Positions 47,086-59,830 of a DNA stretch of 64,000 nt are shown here, piece by piece; the stretch's first letter is position 1, and the number at the start of each line of letters is the position of its first letter. The stretch spans positions 39,866,001 through 39,930,000 of the forward strand of contig NC_135673.1 in NCBI RefSeq assembly GCF_964188315.1, given 5' to 3'. Under the pieces are notes generated by a model. It was not told the DNA's origin. It saw only the letters and a program-made list of their open reading frames with translations, and did no database searches. Position numbers and translations under genes: made by a program. This DNA is from Podarcis muralis. Its lineage: Eukaryota.

Positions 47086-49593
47086 GTCGTCTCCTCCAGA
47101 GTGCACCAATCCCCCAAAGTCCCTGGGTTTTTCCTGACTCTCCCGTTAAGTCACTGTCAGTTTCTGGAAGAGCCACATGTTCAATGTGTTGCTTTCCTGT
47201 GTAGATAAGAAGGAAGCTCCTCCTGAGGTCTCAGTGCTGCAGGGCTTCCTGATTCTGCATGCAAAGGGGAACAGAAACTTTAGTTTTGTTACAAAGGAGG
47301 AAGAAAACACTTATTGCGAAACTGACAACTGCAAGCAGCAACCATCTGGCCAGAGAAGGATAGGGTTCCACTGCAAATCTACACTGCCATTGTTAAGCAA
47401 TGGTCTTTTAGGTTGTATGCATACCTGCAGCACAGAGAGATAGTTTGTTATGGGTACTGAAGGTTGATAGGAGACCTCTATTCCTACAATTTGTATAGTT
47501 AGCTGGGAAGAGGGATTGACTGTTAAACCACTCTGAGAACTGTACTTCTGTGAAGGAATTAAGTGAGTCACCTAACAACTTTCAGCACCTTAACAAACTA
47601 CATTTCCCAGGATTCCTGGGGGGGGGAGCATGACTATTTAAAGTGCCACTGCTTTAAATGTATAGTGCAGATTTCTATTGCTCCACTGTCGCCTCTACAC
47701 AATAAGGTTTTTGAAACTCACAACAATGGTTGGCGGCAAGATTGGGTCATTTGAAGAAAAACAACCCAGCAGCATAGGAAGTTCTTCATTCATTAGAACC
47801 AACTAAAGTGTGACAGATTAGTGAGCAAAATTGCATGGAGTCCAGACTCCAGAACTCCTCTTTAGGCTGGTCTGTAAGACAAACAGGGGATAGAGGGGAG
47901 TTGTGCTGCAAACCCGCAGTTTGTATTAAGATAGAGTGCAGGAGGCACTGGGTGTACTTAATTAAGATTAGGACTTAATTAGATTAGACTGTGCTAAGTG
48001 CAAGACAAAGTGCAAAATTTATCACAGCCAGATCTAATTAACAGTGAAATCCAGTGCATGTCTTTTCAGAAGTAAGTCTCACTGAATGACCTTATTCAGA
48101 AGACCCTCTGAATAAGTGCGCATAGGAATGCAGCCTTTGTCAAAGTAAAGCTTTCTCTACTTCACATTTTTGAACTTTTCGTTCCATTTTGCTTTTTACT
48201 TTACAATATGTTCATGGGTGGGTGTGCATTTGCAGAGCATTCAATACTTGGTAGTGAAAATATCTCATATACTGTGCATTGTATAGATGAGTGCTTGCTG
48301 ATATACACTGTGTCTTTTTAATGGAGCATAAAATAGACTCTGGTGGTTCTGGAGACCACTTTCAAGAAAGAGTCCAAGCATGCTAACAATGAGAACTATT
48401 TCTCCAATAAATGATCAGGGTGTTTAGAGACATAATTCTGAACTGAGTTAGGATGGCTCAGATTTTATTACGCCATTCCCTGGTGGGATGTGTGCTTATT
48501 CATCATATATAGAGTTATTTGAAATTTGACTGTTTCTGTAAGTCAAACGCCGTGAAATATTGTCATACTGGTGAGACACTGTCATTGGCTCAATCTGCAC
48601 TATACATTGAAAGCATTATCCTACCACTTTTAACACCCATGGATTTCCCCCAAAGAATGATGGAAAGTGTATATTCATTAAGGGCTATGGGAATGCGTAG
48701 GAGAGCCTCTATTCCCCCTCGCAGAGCTAGAATTCCAGAGTGGTTCAATAATCAATTCCTCCTCTCAGGGAACTCTGGGGAATCTAAAACCTGTTTGTCA
48801 GAGACATACACAGGTTAAATATTCCGGAGCCAAAAAGAACAACACCCACTTCTTTTCCTCCAGAGATGAATTGAAGTTTCCTTTTGCTTGGTGTTGTTGA
48901 GACACATTTTGAGAGGTACACAGGCATACAATGTGAAACAAACATCTTTTTCAAGGGGTTGCCCAACGTTTTGGGCCCTGGGCACATCTGCACACCCACA
49001 CCCACACCCTCCCACCTATTCTATTGATTTCAGACCTATTTCAGCAGATGGAAATGACCTGGCAGCCCCAGCACCCTCGGGCATACACTTTGGCAAATTC
49101 TGGTCTGATTTTAAAATATTTTTTTTAAATAGGCTTCTGACACTTCTTTTCCGATGGTCAAAAGTGTTAAATAAGCTCTAAAATGCAAACACAGTTGTCT
49201 CTCCTTTATTCCCTTTCCACCGTAGTTTGGATAAACAGGAATTATTGATCTGTGACTTCTTTCCTCAGCCAACATAGCAACTTTCAGGGTTATTTTTCTG
49301 TTGGGGGGCATCAGAGAGATTCTGGAACTCAAGTCTCCATGCAAATGCTCTCTGTTTGGACAGCCCTTCTTATTTTAGCTATCCTTGCTACAGCCCTGTA
49401 AAGTAGGCTGATGTTCTTTTAAAGCAGCTCCTCCTTATCAGTAATAACTCACACAGACATAACTTTATGGTAGCTAAGAAAAGCAGCCCTTATAGCCTCC
49501 CACTTGTCTTACTCCTCCAACATAACACCCAAGAGACAGAACCAGATTGCCTGCTTTAATTGTCTCCATATTACAGCTAACTAAGCTGTAATA

Positions 49594-49927
49594 TGTGGTT
49601 AAACCACTGAGCCTAGGGCTTGCTGATCAGAAGGTTGGTGGTTCGAATCCCCGCAACGGGGTGAGCTCCCGTTGCTCGGTCCCTGCTCCTGCCAACCTAG
49701 TAGTTCAAAAGCACATCAAAGTGCAAGTAGATAAATAGGTACAACTCCGGTGGGAAGGTAAATGGCGTTTCCGTGCGCTGCTCTGGTTCGCCAGAAGCGG
49801 CTTAGTCATGCTGGCCACATGACCCGGAAGCTGTACGCCGGCTCCCTCGGCCAATAAAGAGAGATGAACGCCGCAACCTCAGAGTTGGCCATGACTGGAC
49901 CTAATGGTCAGGGGTCCCTTTACCTTT
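49594..49927 (+). mobile_element. Sauria-type SINE, 5' end clipped
   Basis: Body and ggggtccctttaccttt tail match the other copies. Confidence 0.9.
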
Positions 49928-50449
49928 TAAGCTCAAGTATATTGGTTTGCCTATGGCTACTTATGTGTAAATGGCCTAAATTCAGACCTCTCGGCTTTCT
50001 CTTGCTGCACTGTGCTAATGCATAGTGGCACAACAACAGTCCAAACACAAGCTATTACAATTCAGTGATGAAAGAAATGCTCCCTGCACCTGCTCAAGGG
50101 CACCATCCTTTGTTCTTATTTCATATGCTCTGGGCATGACCCCAACACACAAATTGAGCTTGAATGTCTTAGGTGTGGATTCAACAACATGCAGGCAGAG
50201 CAGTTTGCAATGTTCACCCATGTAATGAACATACAACATAATGCTTTTGATCCCCTCAAGCTGTTAATTTCTACCTAGGAATGTTGTGACTGCAGGATAA
50301 AAAGTGGGAGAAAGCCATGCTTTAAACTGAATCTACTGTACTTCTGAAGTAGGAATTACACGTGGATGAATTGATATGTAGCATTTATATTAATAGTAGT
50401 TATCCTTGTGTTCAAAATGCCTGGCAACCCTTGTCAGAGGCGAACTTGG

Positions 50450-51900
50450 GTAATATGGCACCATGAGCGAGGACAAAATCCACACACCCACCCCACACCA
50501 CTGCGCACTCAGGGTGCATGAGCCAGCTCGTCTCCACCGTTGACCCTCGATTCTGGAAGCGCCCGCAGGATTGTGACCTGGCTGCAGCTTCCCCCTCCCA
50601 CAAGTGCCACCTGCGCCTCGTCCGGGAAAGCGAATCTCCTGTCTGCAGCAGGGACCGGGGGAGGTGAGGGGAGGAGGAGGAAGCAAAGACGCCCGCAGCT
50701 GCAGCAGCTCCGACCATGAGGATGCCTCCCCCGCAGGTAGATCTCGGGGCACGCACGCACGCACCTCCTCGGCTCGTACCCACTTGCATACCCCGAATCG
50801 GCCTTATTATGACCCTTGTCAATAGTAGTAACATTTCCTAAAGACGGGAAACGATGGCTTTCCCCGAGTTTCTTTGGGGAATCCCAAGGGGCAACTTTCT
50901 GAAGTTCATACCCTGACGCGACCGTCTGTAAAACGAACTCTGAGACGCTGCCACGAAAGCCCTGACTTCAGCGTAGCGCGAGAATGATCCGGCGTCTTGC
51001 ATGAAAAACCACCGTCTCATGTTCCACTTAGCCTTCGAACTACCTTCCCTGGGTGCTGACGTTTAGACACCTGTACACTTTCTTTTTTGGGGCTCCTGAA
51101 AAAGAAACCCCCCTAGGAAGTCCTAGCTATTCCAGTAAAGGATGAGGAAGCAGTTTGGGAAGGGCGGGGAAGTTCCCAACGCTTTTCATTTTACCTTTTC
51201 CAAGCGTACCTGCAGGGTGGCGGGGGGCAGCGGCTCGGACCAGGTGCTCCCCAGGCCTTTCCCAGCTTGGAAGCCGCTGGGGCACCTTGCGGAGGCGCAG
51301 CCGCCCTCGGGGCTCCTCCTCCCCTTCTGAGCCTTGTGTTCCTTCCGCGTCTCAGCGCAGTCTCCAGCCAGCGCCTCTCCGGAGTTCCTTTGTGCAAAGT
51401 TTGCCATCGGTGAGTTTCGAAGCGCTGCAGAAAAGCAACAGCGTGACCTTTGCTCTCGACCTATTGGCTGGGATAGATTAAGCCGCCGCATGTGATGCTG
51501 GCTGCGTTCTTCCGCATGGCGAGAAACTTAAACAGCCAGCGATCTTTTATTCCGGGAGAAGCAAAAGGGTGGTGGTCTCCGGACGCAGCTGTACATCTCC
51601 CCTTCTGCGGAGTTGCAGAAGTCGGATTTAGGGCGGTGCGGATGGTTCTCCCGCACAGGGCGCCGCAAAATTGAACAGACCCATAACTGAGAAGATCCGT
51701 TTGGGGGCGCCAAATTTTGACTTCTCGCTGGAAACCAAAGATGACCAAAGCCTGCCCCTATCCAGGGACAACGGTCCCCAAATGGACTGGCACCTTAAAA
51801 ACCGTTTAGGGGTTGCTTACCTATCTAGTGTACAGTCCGGGGCCGATTCGTTCTATGGTTCCGGAGAGTCGATCTGCACTATGCATTTTTAAAGCAGCGT
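50450..51900 (-). promoter_or_regulatory. CpG-rich region with no coding gene; possible upstream promoter and non-coding exons of SOWAHD
   Basis: High CpG density; minus-strand CCAAT at 51463-51467; donor CAG|GTACGC at 51210/51209; strong minus-strand acceptor at about 50643. Confidence 0.4.
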
Positions 51901-52162
51901 GGTACCACTTTAAGCAGCCACGGCTTCCGAAAAAGAATCATGGATACTGCATTTTGCTCAGGGTGCTGAGAGTTGCTGGGAGGCAATTCCCCTCCCAGAG
52001 CTGCAAATCCCAGAGTTCCCTGGGAAAGAAGGATTGTGAAACCACTCTGTGAATGAGTGGGTCTCCTAGCAACAGGGGGTCTCCTAGCAACTCTCAGCAG
52101 TACACCACGTCCTAAACTTCAGCTCCCAGAATTCTTTGGGGGAAGCCTACTTTTATCACACT

Positions 52163-52494
52163 TGTTGTTGTTTAGTCGTGTCCGACTCTTCGTGACCCCA
52201 TAGACCAAAGCACGCCAGGCACTTCTGTCTTCCACGGCCTCCCACAGTTTGGTCAAACTCATGCTAGTAGCTTCGAGAACACCATAACTTTTATATGCCT
52301 GTTGTCTTTGTCCATGGAGTTTTCTTGGCAGGGATACTGGAGTGGCTTGCTGGTTCCTGCTCCAGGTGGATCATGTTTGGTCAAAACTCTCCACTATGAC
52401 CTGTCCATCTTGGGTGCCCTGCTCGGCATAGTTCATAGCTTCTCTGAGTTATTCAAGCCCCTTCGCCACGGAAAGACAGTGATCCATGAAGGGG
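52163..52494 (-). mobile_element. Bov-B (RTE clade) LINE 3'-end fragment
   Basis: Reverse complement of ...ggtcacgaagagtcggacacgactaaacaacaacaa, the Bov-B/ART2A-type end; 8-bp TSD atcacact. Confidence 0.8.
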
Positions 52495-53087
52495 ATCACA
52501 CTATTTTAAACTATATAGCGCAGATGGGGGCCAGCGGTTCTCAGTGGTGGACTTCCTAGCGCTGCTAATCCCTTCCTGATCAGCTGTTTGACAGTGGCCA
52601 AACAAAGAACAACCAGGAGTGTCCTTTGGCAGACATGTCTTTACCTGCTTCACACCTGGCACCACACGTGGCACATAGGAAGCTGCTTTATATACCAAGT
52701 CAGAACATTGGTCCACCAAGCTCAGTATTATCTACACTGACTGGCAGCTGCTGTCAGGGGCTTCAGTCAGGGAACAGTCCCAGGCTTACCTGGAGATGCT
52801 GGAGGACTGAACCTTGGGCCAGCTGCATGTGAGACAGGTCCTCTACCACTGAGCCATGGTGCTTACCTGATTTTAGGTGTGGGGCTGGTGGGTATATTTG
52901 GGAGGGAGACTGCCTTTTGGGCCAAGTTAGGCCCCATGCTGGGCTTAGGTAGGTCTGGTGGGGCAGAGTTTTTGCACCACTGCAAATCAATTCTGCCTGC
53001 TGTTAATGCAGGAAACCAGTTCTGCTTGAGGAGGATGTGTAATGCATGTAATGGGGATTGCTAAACTAATAACAACAATATACTTAA

Positions 53088-53238
53088 CATAGAATCATAG
53101 AATTGTAGCGTTAGAAGGGACTATGAGGGTCATGTAATCCAACATACTGCAATGAAGGATTTTTTTTTGCCCAGTGTGGGGTTCATACACGTGATTCTCA
53201 GCTTAAGAATCTCATGCTCTGCCAACTGAGCTATCCCA
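53088..53238 (-). mobile_element. SINE with tRNA-Lys-like head and CR1-like tail
   Basis: Reverse complement reads gggatagctcagttggcagagcatgagattctt..., ending in attctatgattctatg; related fragments at about 44000-44100, 58340-58420 and 62325-62400. Confidence 0.65.
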
Positions 53239-53246
53239 GTAGTTAA

Positions 53247-55140
53247 GATGGTATCAATTCTAATCTGTTACCTCTGAGGATGTGGACAGGCTGCTTGGAT
53301 GAGTGAAACCAACCACCTGTTTCCTTGATCCTTATAAAAGCTAGCCGGGAAGGGCTGGGCGATGGGCTTTGCAGGGTGGTGAATGCTTCTCTCTGTGAGG
53401 GAGCCTTCCCAGACCTGCAGAAAGAGGCGGTCATCCAAACGCTTCTTAAAAAACCATCTTTAGATGTGGCCAATATGGCCAACTATCACCCAGTCTCAAA
53501 TATTCCATTCTTGGGCAAGGTGATTGAGCGGGTGGTTGCTGAACAACTCCAGGCATGCCTGGAAGAAGCAGACCATTTGGATCCCTTCCAGTCGGGATTC
53601 AGGCCTCATCATGGGACTGAAACTGCCTTGGTCGCACTGGTTGATGATTTCCGGCGGGTTAGGGACAAAGGTGAGAGCTGTTTTCTAGTTCTGCTGGATC
53701 TCTCAGCGGCTTTTGATACCATCGACCATAACATCCTTCTGGACTGTCTAGAGGGGCCGGGCGCTGGGGGCACTGTTATACAGTGGTTCCGCTCCTTCCT
53801 CCTGTGCTGTGTTGGTGGGGGAGGGTTGGTGGGGGAATGAGTGTTCAGACCCCTGGGCTCTCACTTGTGGGGTGCCTCAGGGTTCTGTCCTCTCCCCCAT
53901 GCTTTTCAACATCTACATGCAGCTGCTGGGAGAGATCATCAGGGGGTTTGGGCTAGGTGTTCATCAGTATGCAGATGATACCCAGCTCTACCTCTCTTTC
54001 AAATCAGAACCAGTGAAGGTGGTGAAGGTCCTGTGTGTCTGGAGGCGGTTGGAGGATGGATGGCGGTTAATGGATTGAGGTTGAATCCTGACAAGACAGA
54101 AGTACAGTCATACCTAAGGTTGAAGTTGCTTCAGGTTGAGTGCTTTTGGGTTGCGCTCTACGGTGACCCAGAAGTAACAGAATGCGTTACTTCTGGGTTT
54201 CACCACTCGCGCATGCACGGATGGTCAAAATGACGACAAGCACATGCGCAGAAGCGGCGAATCGTGACCTGTGCAGACGCGGGTTGTGTTCGCTTCTGGA
54301 TGCAAACGGGGCTCCTGAACGGATCCCATTTGTATCCAGAGGTACCACTGTACTGTTTTGGGGGGATAGGAGGCGGGCAGGTGTAGAGGACTCCCTGGTC
54401 CTGAATGGGGTAACTGTGCCCCTGAAGGACCAGGTGCGCAGCCTGGGAGTCATTTTGGACTCACAGCTGTCCATGGAGGCGCAGGTCAATTCTGTGTCCA
54501 GGGCAGCTGTTTACCAGCTCCACCTGGTACGCAGGCTGAGACCCTATCTGCCCATGGACTGTCTTGCCAGAGTGGTGCATGCTCGAGTTACCTCTCACTT
54601 GGACTACTTCAATGCGCTCTATGTGGGGCTATCTTTGAAGGTGACCTGGGAACTGCAGCTAATCTAGAATGCGGCAGCGAGACCACATAACATGGGTCTT
54701 GAAATACCTTCATTGGCTTCCAGTACGTTTCCGAGCACAATTCAAAGTGTTGGTGCTGACCTTTAAAGCCCTAAATGGCCTTGGTCCAGTATACCTGAAG
54801 GAGCGTCTCCACCCCATCGTTCAGCCCAGACACTGAGGTCCAGCGCTGAGGGCCTTCTGGCGGTTCCCTCACTGTGAGAAGCCAAGTTACAGGGAACTAG
54901 GCAGAGAGCCTTCTCAGTAGTGGCACCCGTCCTGTGGAATGCCCTCCCACCAGATGTCAAAGAGAGAAACAACTTCCGTACCAGACTTTTAGAAGACATC
55001 TGAAGGCAGCCCTGTTTAGGAAAGCTTTTAATGTTTAACAAACTATTGTATTTTAATATTTTGTTGGAAGCCACCCAGAGTGGCTGGGGAAACCCAGCCA
55101 GATGGGCAGGGTATAAATAATAAATAATTATTATTATTAA
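53247..55140 (+). mobile_element. 5'-truncated L2-clade LINE with RT fragments, interrupted by a Tigger-like MITE
   Basis: [49 protein letters not shown]; disrupted frames; 3' tail present. Confidence 0.92.
54105..54350. mobile_element. Tigger-like MITE nested in L2
   Basis: Removing it and one TA restores L2 gacaagacagaagtactgttttggggg (compare 34495-34515). Confidence 0.9.
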
Positions 55141-56140
55141 GCTTTATAAGACTGCAGCTTTCCGATATCACAAGAATCTTAGGTTCTGCAGCAACCAGCC
55201 AACACAGTTTTCTCAATGGAAGTTGCAACACTGTGGTCTAGAATATTATTACCGTATTGGTTCTTGCAAATGAGAGACATAAAGTATGTTAAAATCAATG
55301 ATTTTTAGGCCAGTTTAGGCTGACCAAACAGAATACAAGCATTCAGCTTTCCCTTATGCTGCCCGATAGGCAGGTGTGAACTTTAAAAATCTGCTTCTCA
55401 TTAATTATAGGGAAGATAAAAGCAGTATCTTTTCCAGTCTGCATCTTCTCCTAAGCATTTCTTGAAATATCCACTAGGGGTAGCGTGTGACCTGTTTATT
55501 CCTAAATGAAACTGATGTTGCAATCCCAAATACATCACTTGCAAAGGTAAGTAGTAAGTCTAATTTGACTTATTGGGACTTACTTCTAAGGAAGCATGCA
55601 TTGCTAAGGAGTTGCTTATTGTGCTGAACCCATTAGCACTTAGCTAATTCCTATTTATTTTATAAGATTTCTTACCTGTCCCTCACCATAAGGTTCCTGG
55701 GTAGGTTACAGCAATAGAATATGCACTTATTTAAAAAAATAAAATAAGTGCATAAATAAAAAAACCACTACCAAGGTAAAACACATGAAACTGCTCCAAG
55801 TGGGTTGGGGTCTATATAACTTCAGCTTATAGAGGTGAGTCCCAGGAAAAAAAGTACCTTAATGGTCCAAGACTAGGATAAAGAAGTGCATCTTGGGTGA
55901 AGCTGTTTGGTGAAGGTGCTAGTCACACCTCTGTAGGGAAGGCATTCCACAATTTGGTGGCTGCCACACAGAAAACCCTCTCCTAGGACACAATTTCCCA
56001 ACACCTGAGAAGGTCAGTAGGGATGGAAATGGCCTTTCAGATATTTGGGACTTTGGTCATTTTGGGCTTTAAGCAATAATGTGAGCACCTTGAATTGGTC
56101 CCAGATACAAATGGGCACAAAGGGATACAATGGATACAAA

Positions 56141-56467
56141 GGGACGTGGGTGGTGCTGTGGGTTAAACCACAGAGCCTAGGACTTGCTGATCAGAAGGTT
56201 GGCGGTCCAAATCCCCACAACAGGGTGAGCTCCCGTTGCTCGGTCCCTGCTCCTGCCAACCTAGCAGTTTGAAAGCACATCAAAGTGCAAGTTGATAAAT
56301 AGGTACCACTCTGGTGGCAAGGTAAACAGCAACTCTGGTTCGCCAGAAGCGGCTCAGTCATGCTGGCCAGCTGTACGCTGGCTCCCTTGGCCAATAAAGT
56401 GAGATGAGCGCCATAACCCCAGAGTCGGCCACGACTGGACCTAATGGTCAGGGGCCCCTTTACCTTT
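56141..56467 (+). mobile_element. Sauria-type SINE
   Basis: gggacgtgggtggtgctgtgg head to ggggcccctttaccttt tail, with small internal deletions. Confidence 0.9.
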
Positions 56468-56897
56468 TTACAAATGGGCATCCCTCTCCTGCTTCCAATT
56501 GGCAACCAAATTCTCCCCACAACCCTCTTCAAGCTCCATTCAACAGTTCATTCTCCAAGTGATCTCCTTCAGCTCCCCTCCAAATACAAACCACAAATAT
56601 GGTTTATTAAAAGTTCGATTAATATTTTCATCCCACTTTTGCATGACAATGATAAAGCAACCTGCAAGAGAAACATAAAATACATTATTAAAAAAGGAAA
56701 CACTTAAATTGCATGCTCACTTTGACAGGCTCAGTAACAGGACACTAATACATCAGCAAGATAAAACACTAATACAAATCTCCTGAAAACTACAGATCAC
56801 TTCTTAAAAGCCAGCTTCTTCTTTTTAAGGCTTTAATTTTTTTGTGAAAGGTGGAAAGGGAGTGTGCCTACATGGAGAGTTCCATGAGAATAAGTTT

Positions 56898-57265
56898 AAT
56901 GATGATGATAGATTTATTTTTTTGTACCCTTCCCATCTGTCTGGGTTGTCCCAGCCACTCTGGGCAGCTTCAACAAAAGATATAAAAAGAACACAGCAGA
57001 AAATCACACATTAAAAGCATCCTGATACAGGGCTGCCTTTAGATGTCTACGGGAGGTCATATAATTGTTCATCTCTTTGAAATCTGATGGGAGGGTGTTC
57101 CACATGATGGGCACCACTACCAAGAAGGTCCACTGCCTGGTTCCCTGTAACTTCACTGCTTGCACTGCCAGAAGGACCACAGTGTCCAGGCTGAACAATA
57201 GGAGTGGAGATACTCCTTTAGGTATAAAGCACTGAAGCCATTTAGGGCTTTAAAGGTCAACACCA
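56898..57265 (-). mobile_element. Diverged L2 3' fragment
   Basis: VKLQGTRQWTFLVVVPIMWNTLPSDFKEMNNY..RRHLKAAL on the minus strand. Confidence 0.8.
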
Positions 57266-58702
57266 TTGTGCTGTTGTTTGTGGATTCCAGTATGAGTGCC
57301 CTTCACATATGGTGCCTGTGGTATGCACAGTGCAGTCCTGTGTCTACAGTTAATAGGTGGAGAGTGTTACGCGCAGAGCACCTAGTTGAGGCTGATCCAG
57401 TTCTGATCTCTTCCTATGCTCCACTGTAAGACTGTGACCAAATGAAGATTTGTGGCTACCTCAAGCCAGCTTTCCTCTGTCTTCCCTTAACCTCTGCTCT
57501 CACTTTGCTTAACATCCTGCCTCATTAAGGGTTCTGGAGAACTGAAGGTTGCTCACTGTTTTGAGATATTTCAGGCCAGTGTCCAGTCTGGTCCTGTTCT
57601 CAGAGTAGCCAACCAGAATGCCTGTGGGAAGCGTGCATGCAGGACATGTGTGCAAAAATACAACACAATTTCACAACAACTACAAACTGGCAAGTCCCTG
57701 GTTTGAATGTCACCTCCTTCCAAACTTGCCAGGTGGACTTTGGCAAACTACTCTCTTGGTGCCTTTGCAACACAGAGGATAGTATACTGATTTACTTTGT
57801 AAGGGCTGGAATGTGGAATGCATTGAATGCTTGAAAGAGCCCATATAAATGTTCAGTCTCATCACATGTGCATGAGTAAAGAGAAAAACAAATTGTAAAC
57901 AGGGGAAACACATGGCCGCAAAATGCAACAAATACAGTATGTGGTTTTTTAATGCAAAGCTTAAGATAAGCTGTTAATGAAGGGTCACTTGGCTTATCTT
58001 TAAGCTTTACAAAGAAATTGTCACAGATTGTACTTCTTGTATTTCATGGCTATGGGGCCCTGCTGTTCGCAACATTTTCTATCTCAACAGAGCAAACGCA
58101 TCTGCAGCTGCCAACTGAGACTTACATTTAATGCATCTGTTGAAATGGACTCAACATTCTGTAATAAAACCTGTTAGGCTTTTAGATGCCACAAGACTTT
58201 GATGTTGATGCTGCTTCCAGTTTCCTTTGGCTGTGTACAGGGGCGTAGCGGGGAGTGGGGGGGGGGAGATGCCCACCCCAAATAAAAATACATACTTAAC
58301 AAAAAGTAGAAATTGGAGCTTTTCGGGTTGTTGGGCTCACATAGAGCACAAGATTCCTGCATTGCAGGGCGTTGTATTTTATGACTCTTGTGGTCCCTTC
58401 CAACTCTTTTGATTCTGTGATTTATCCTGTCTGCCCAAGGCAGTGGACAAAGAGAGGTGTGCGAGTAAATTAGCATTTATTGCCCCACCCACTTTTGCTT
58501 CTGGCCCTGCCCACACTGGCATGTGGCCCCTGAGAGAGGTTCCCTAGAAAGGAATGTGGCCCTCTGAGAGAAAAGGGTTGCCTAGCCCTGATCCAGCCCA
58601 AGCAGGAGAGAAGCTGGCTTGGCTCAAGGGGATTGCAGGGCCAGCTTAGTAAGCAACGGTGCAGTTAGAGCCTTAGAGGTAATGCTAGGCTTAAGTTAGG
58701 TA

Positions 58703-58792
58703 CATAGCTGTCATCGTTTCCCTTTTCTTGCGAGGAATCCTATTCGGGATAAGGGAATTTCCCTTAAAACAAGGGAAACGTCGACAGCTACG
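58703..58792. mobile_element. 90-bp palindromic MITE with perfect 8-bp TSD
   Basis: catagctgtcatcgtttccctt ... aagggaaacgtcgacagctacg; TSD gttaggta on both sides, hAT-like. Confidence 0.85.
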
Positions 58793-58879
58793 GTTAGGTA
58801 GTTTTAGCTTTTTAGATGCTAAGGTGCCATGCTTCACTTATTTCCAGCTGAGGTCAGCCAGCACTGCTGCACCTGGAGG

Positions 58880-59830
58880 CCTCTCCTGCTAATTCTGTTG
58901 CGTGGGGGCCCTGAAGTCCTGCCCTGAGGGCACCGCTAGTAGTAAGGCTGGAGCGCCCTCCTCCTCCTCCGCTCTAGTTCGCGGTCTCCGTCCCTCCCTC
59001 CCCTTTCTTTGGCTTCCTTCCTCCCCGGTCTCATTCAAGCCACCCAGGCAAGCGCACAGTCACACCATAGCCGCACGGACCCTAGCCTTGCGCGCGTCTC
59101 GGACTGCACCATTTCGCCCGGGGGAGGCGTCGGGGGGAGGAATGCTGTGGAGTCGCCTGTGGAGACTCCTCGAAGCGCGCGGGAGGAGCTGACTGCTTCA
59201 GAAAGGAAGGATCCCGCCAGCGCCCTTCTTCTCTGCGCCCTAGCCGGCTTTCTAGCTCCAAACGAGTGGCAGAGGATTCGGTCGTGTCCACGCCCCATTT
59301 CTCTCTCCCCCCCCCCCATGCCGCAGTAGCCGGGTCCTTCCTCCACCCGCTCAGTCAGTGTAACAGTGTCTCCTGGACTGAGGTAGAGTTTGCAGCGGGC
59401 TCGGCTTCCGAGGAGGCGAGGCGAAGGGGCCATGGCGGCCACCGAGATAGCGCGCCAGGTGGTGAGTGCGCGGCGACTGGCGTGGAGGGCGCACCGCGCT
59501 CCGGACTCGGGTGGGCCTCCCTGAGCATGGCTGACCGGCCGGCCGGCTAGCTGGCTAGCTTGCCTTGCCTGCCGCTAGAACTCCAGCTCTCGGGGACGGG
59601 CAAGGTTTGCGCGCGCTTCTCTGGCGAGAGAAGCCGCGGCTAGGTGGTGATGCCGACAACGGGCCAGAGAGGAAAGAGGCAGCTTGGCTAATGAATGAAT
59701 GCTGGGTGGATACCCGGATGGCCACTTCAGGAAAGCGGGCGCGAGCTGCATATACACTCCCCAGCCCGAGATATTCCCATGGTTCCAAATTAAGAACTGG
59801 GCGTTAACACAGCGGGAGAGGTGCTGGGGG
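58880..59830 (+). promoter_or_regulatory. CpG-island promoter of SEPTIN6
   Basis: GC- and CpG-rich stretch around the first coding exon. Confidence 0.7.
59432..59461 (+). CDS. SEPTIN6: Septin-6, first coding exon; the rest of the gene lies beyond the window
   Basis: gccATGG Kozak; MAATEIARQV (human MAATDIARQV); donor GTG|GTGAGT; expected synteny. Confidence 0.88.

Noticed and set aside
50390-50834. Several 70-140-aa ORFs in the CpG-rich region
   Set aside because: Expected by chance in GC-rich DNA; none resembles a protein family I recognise.
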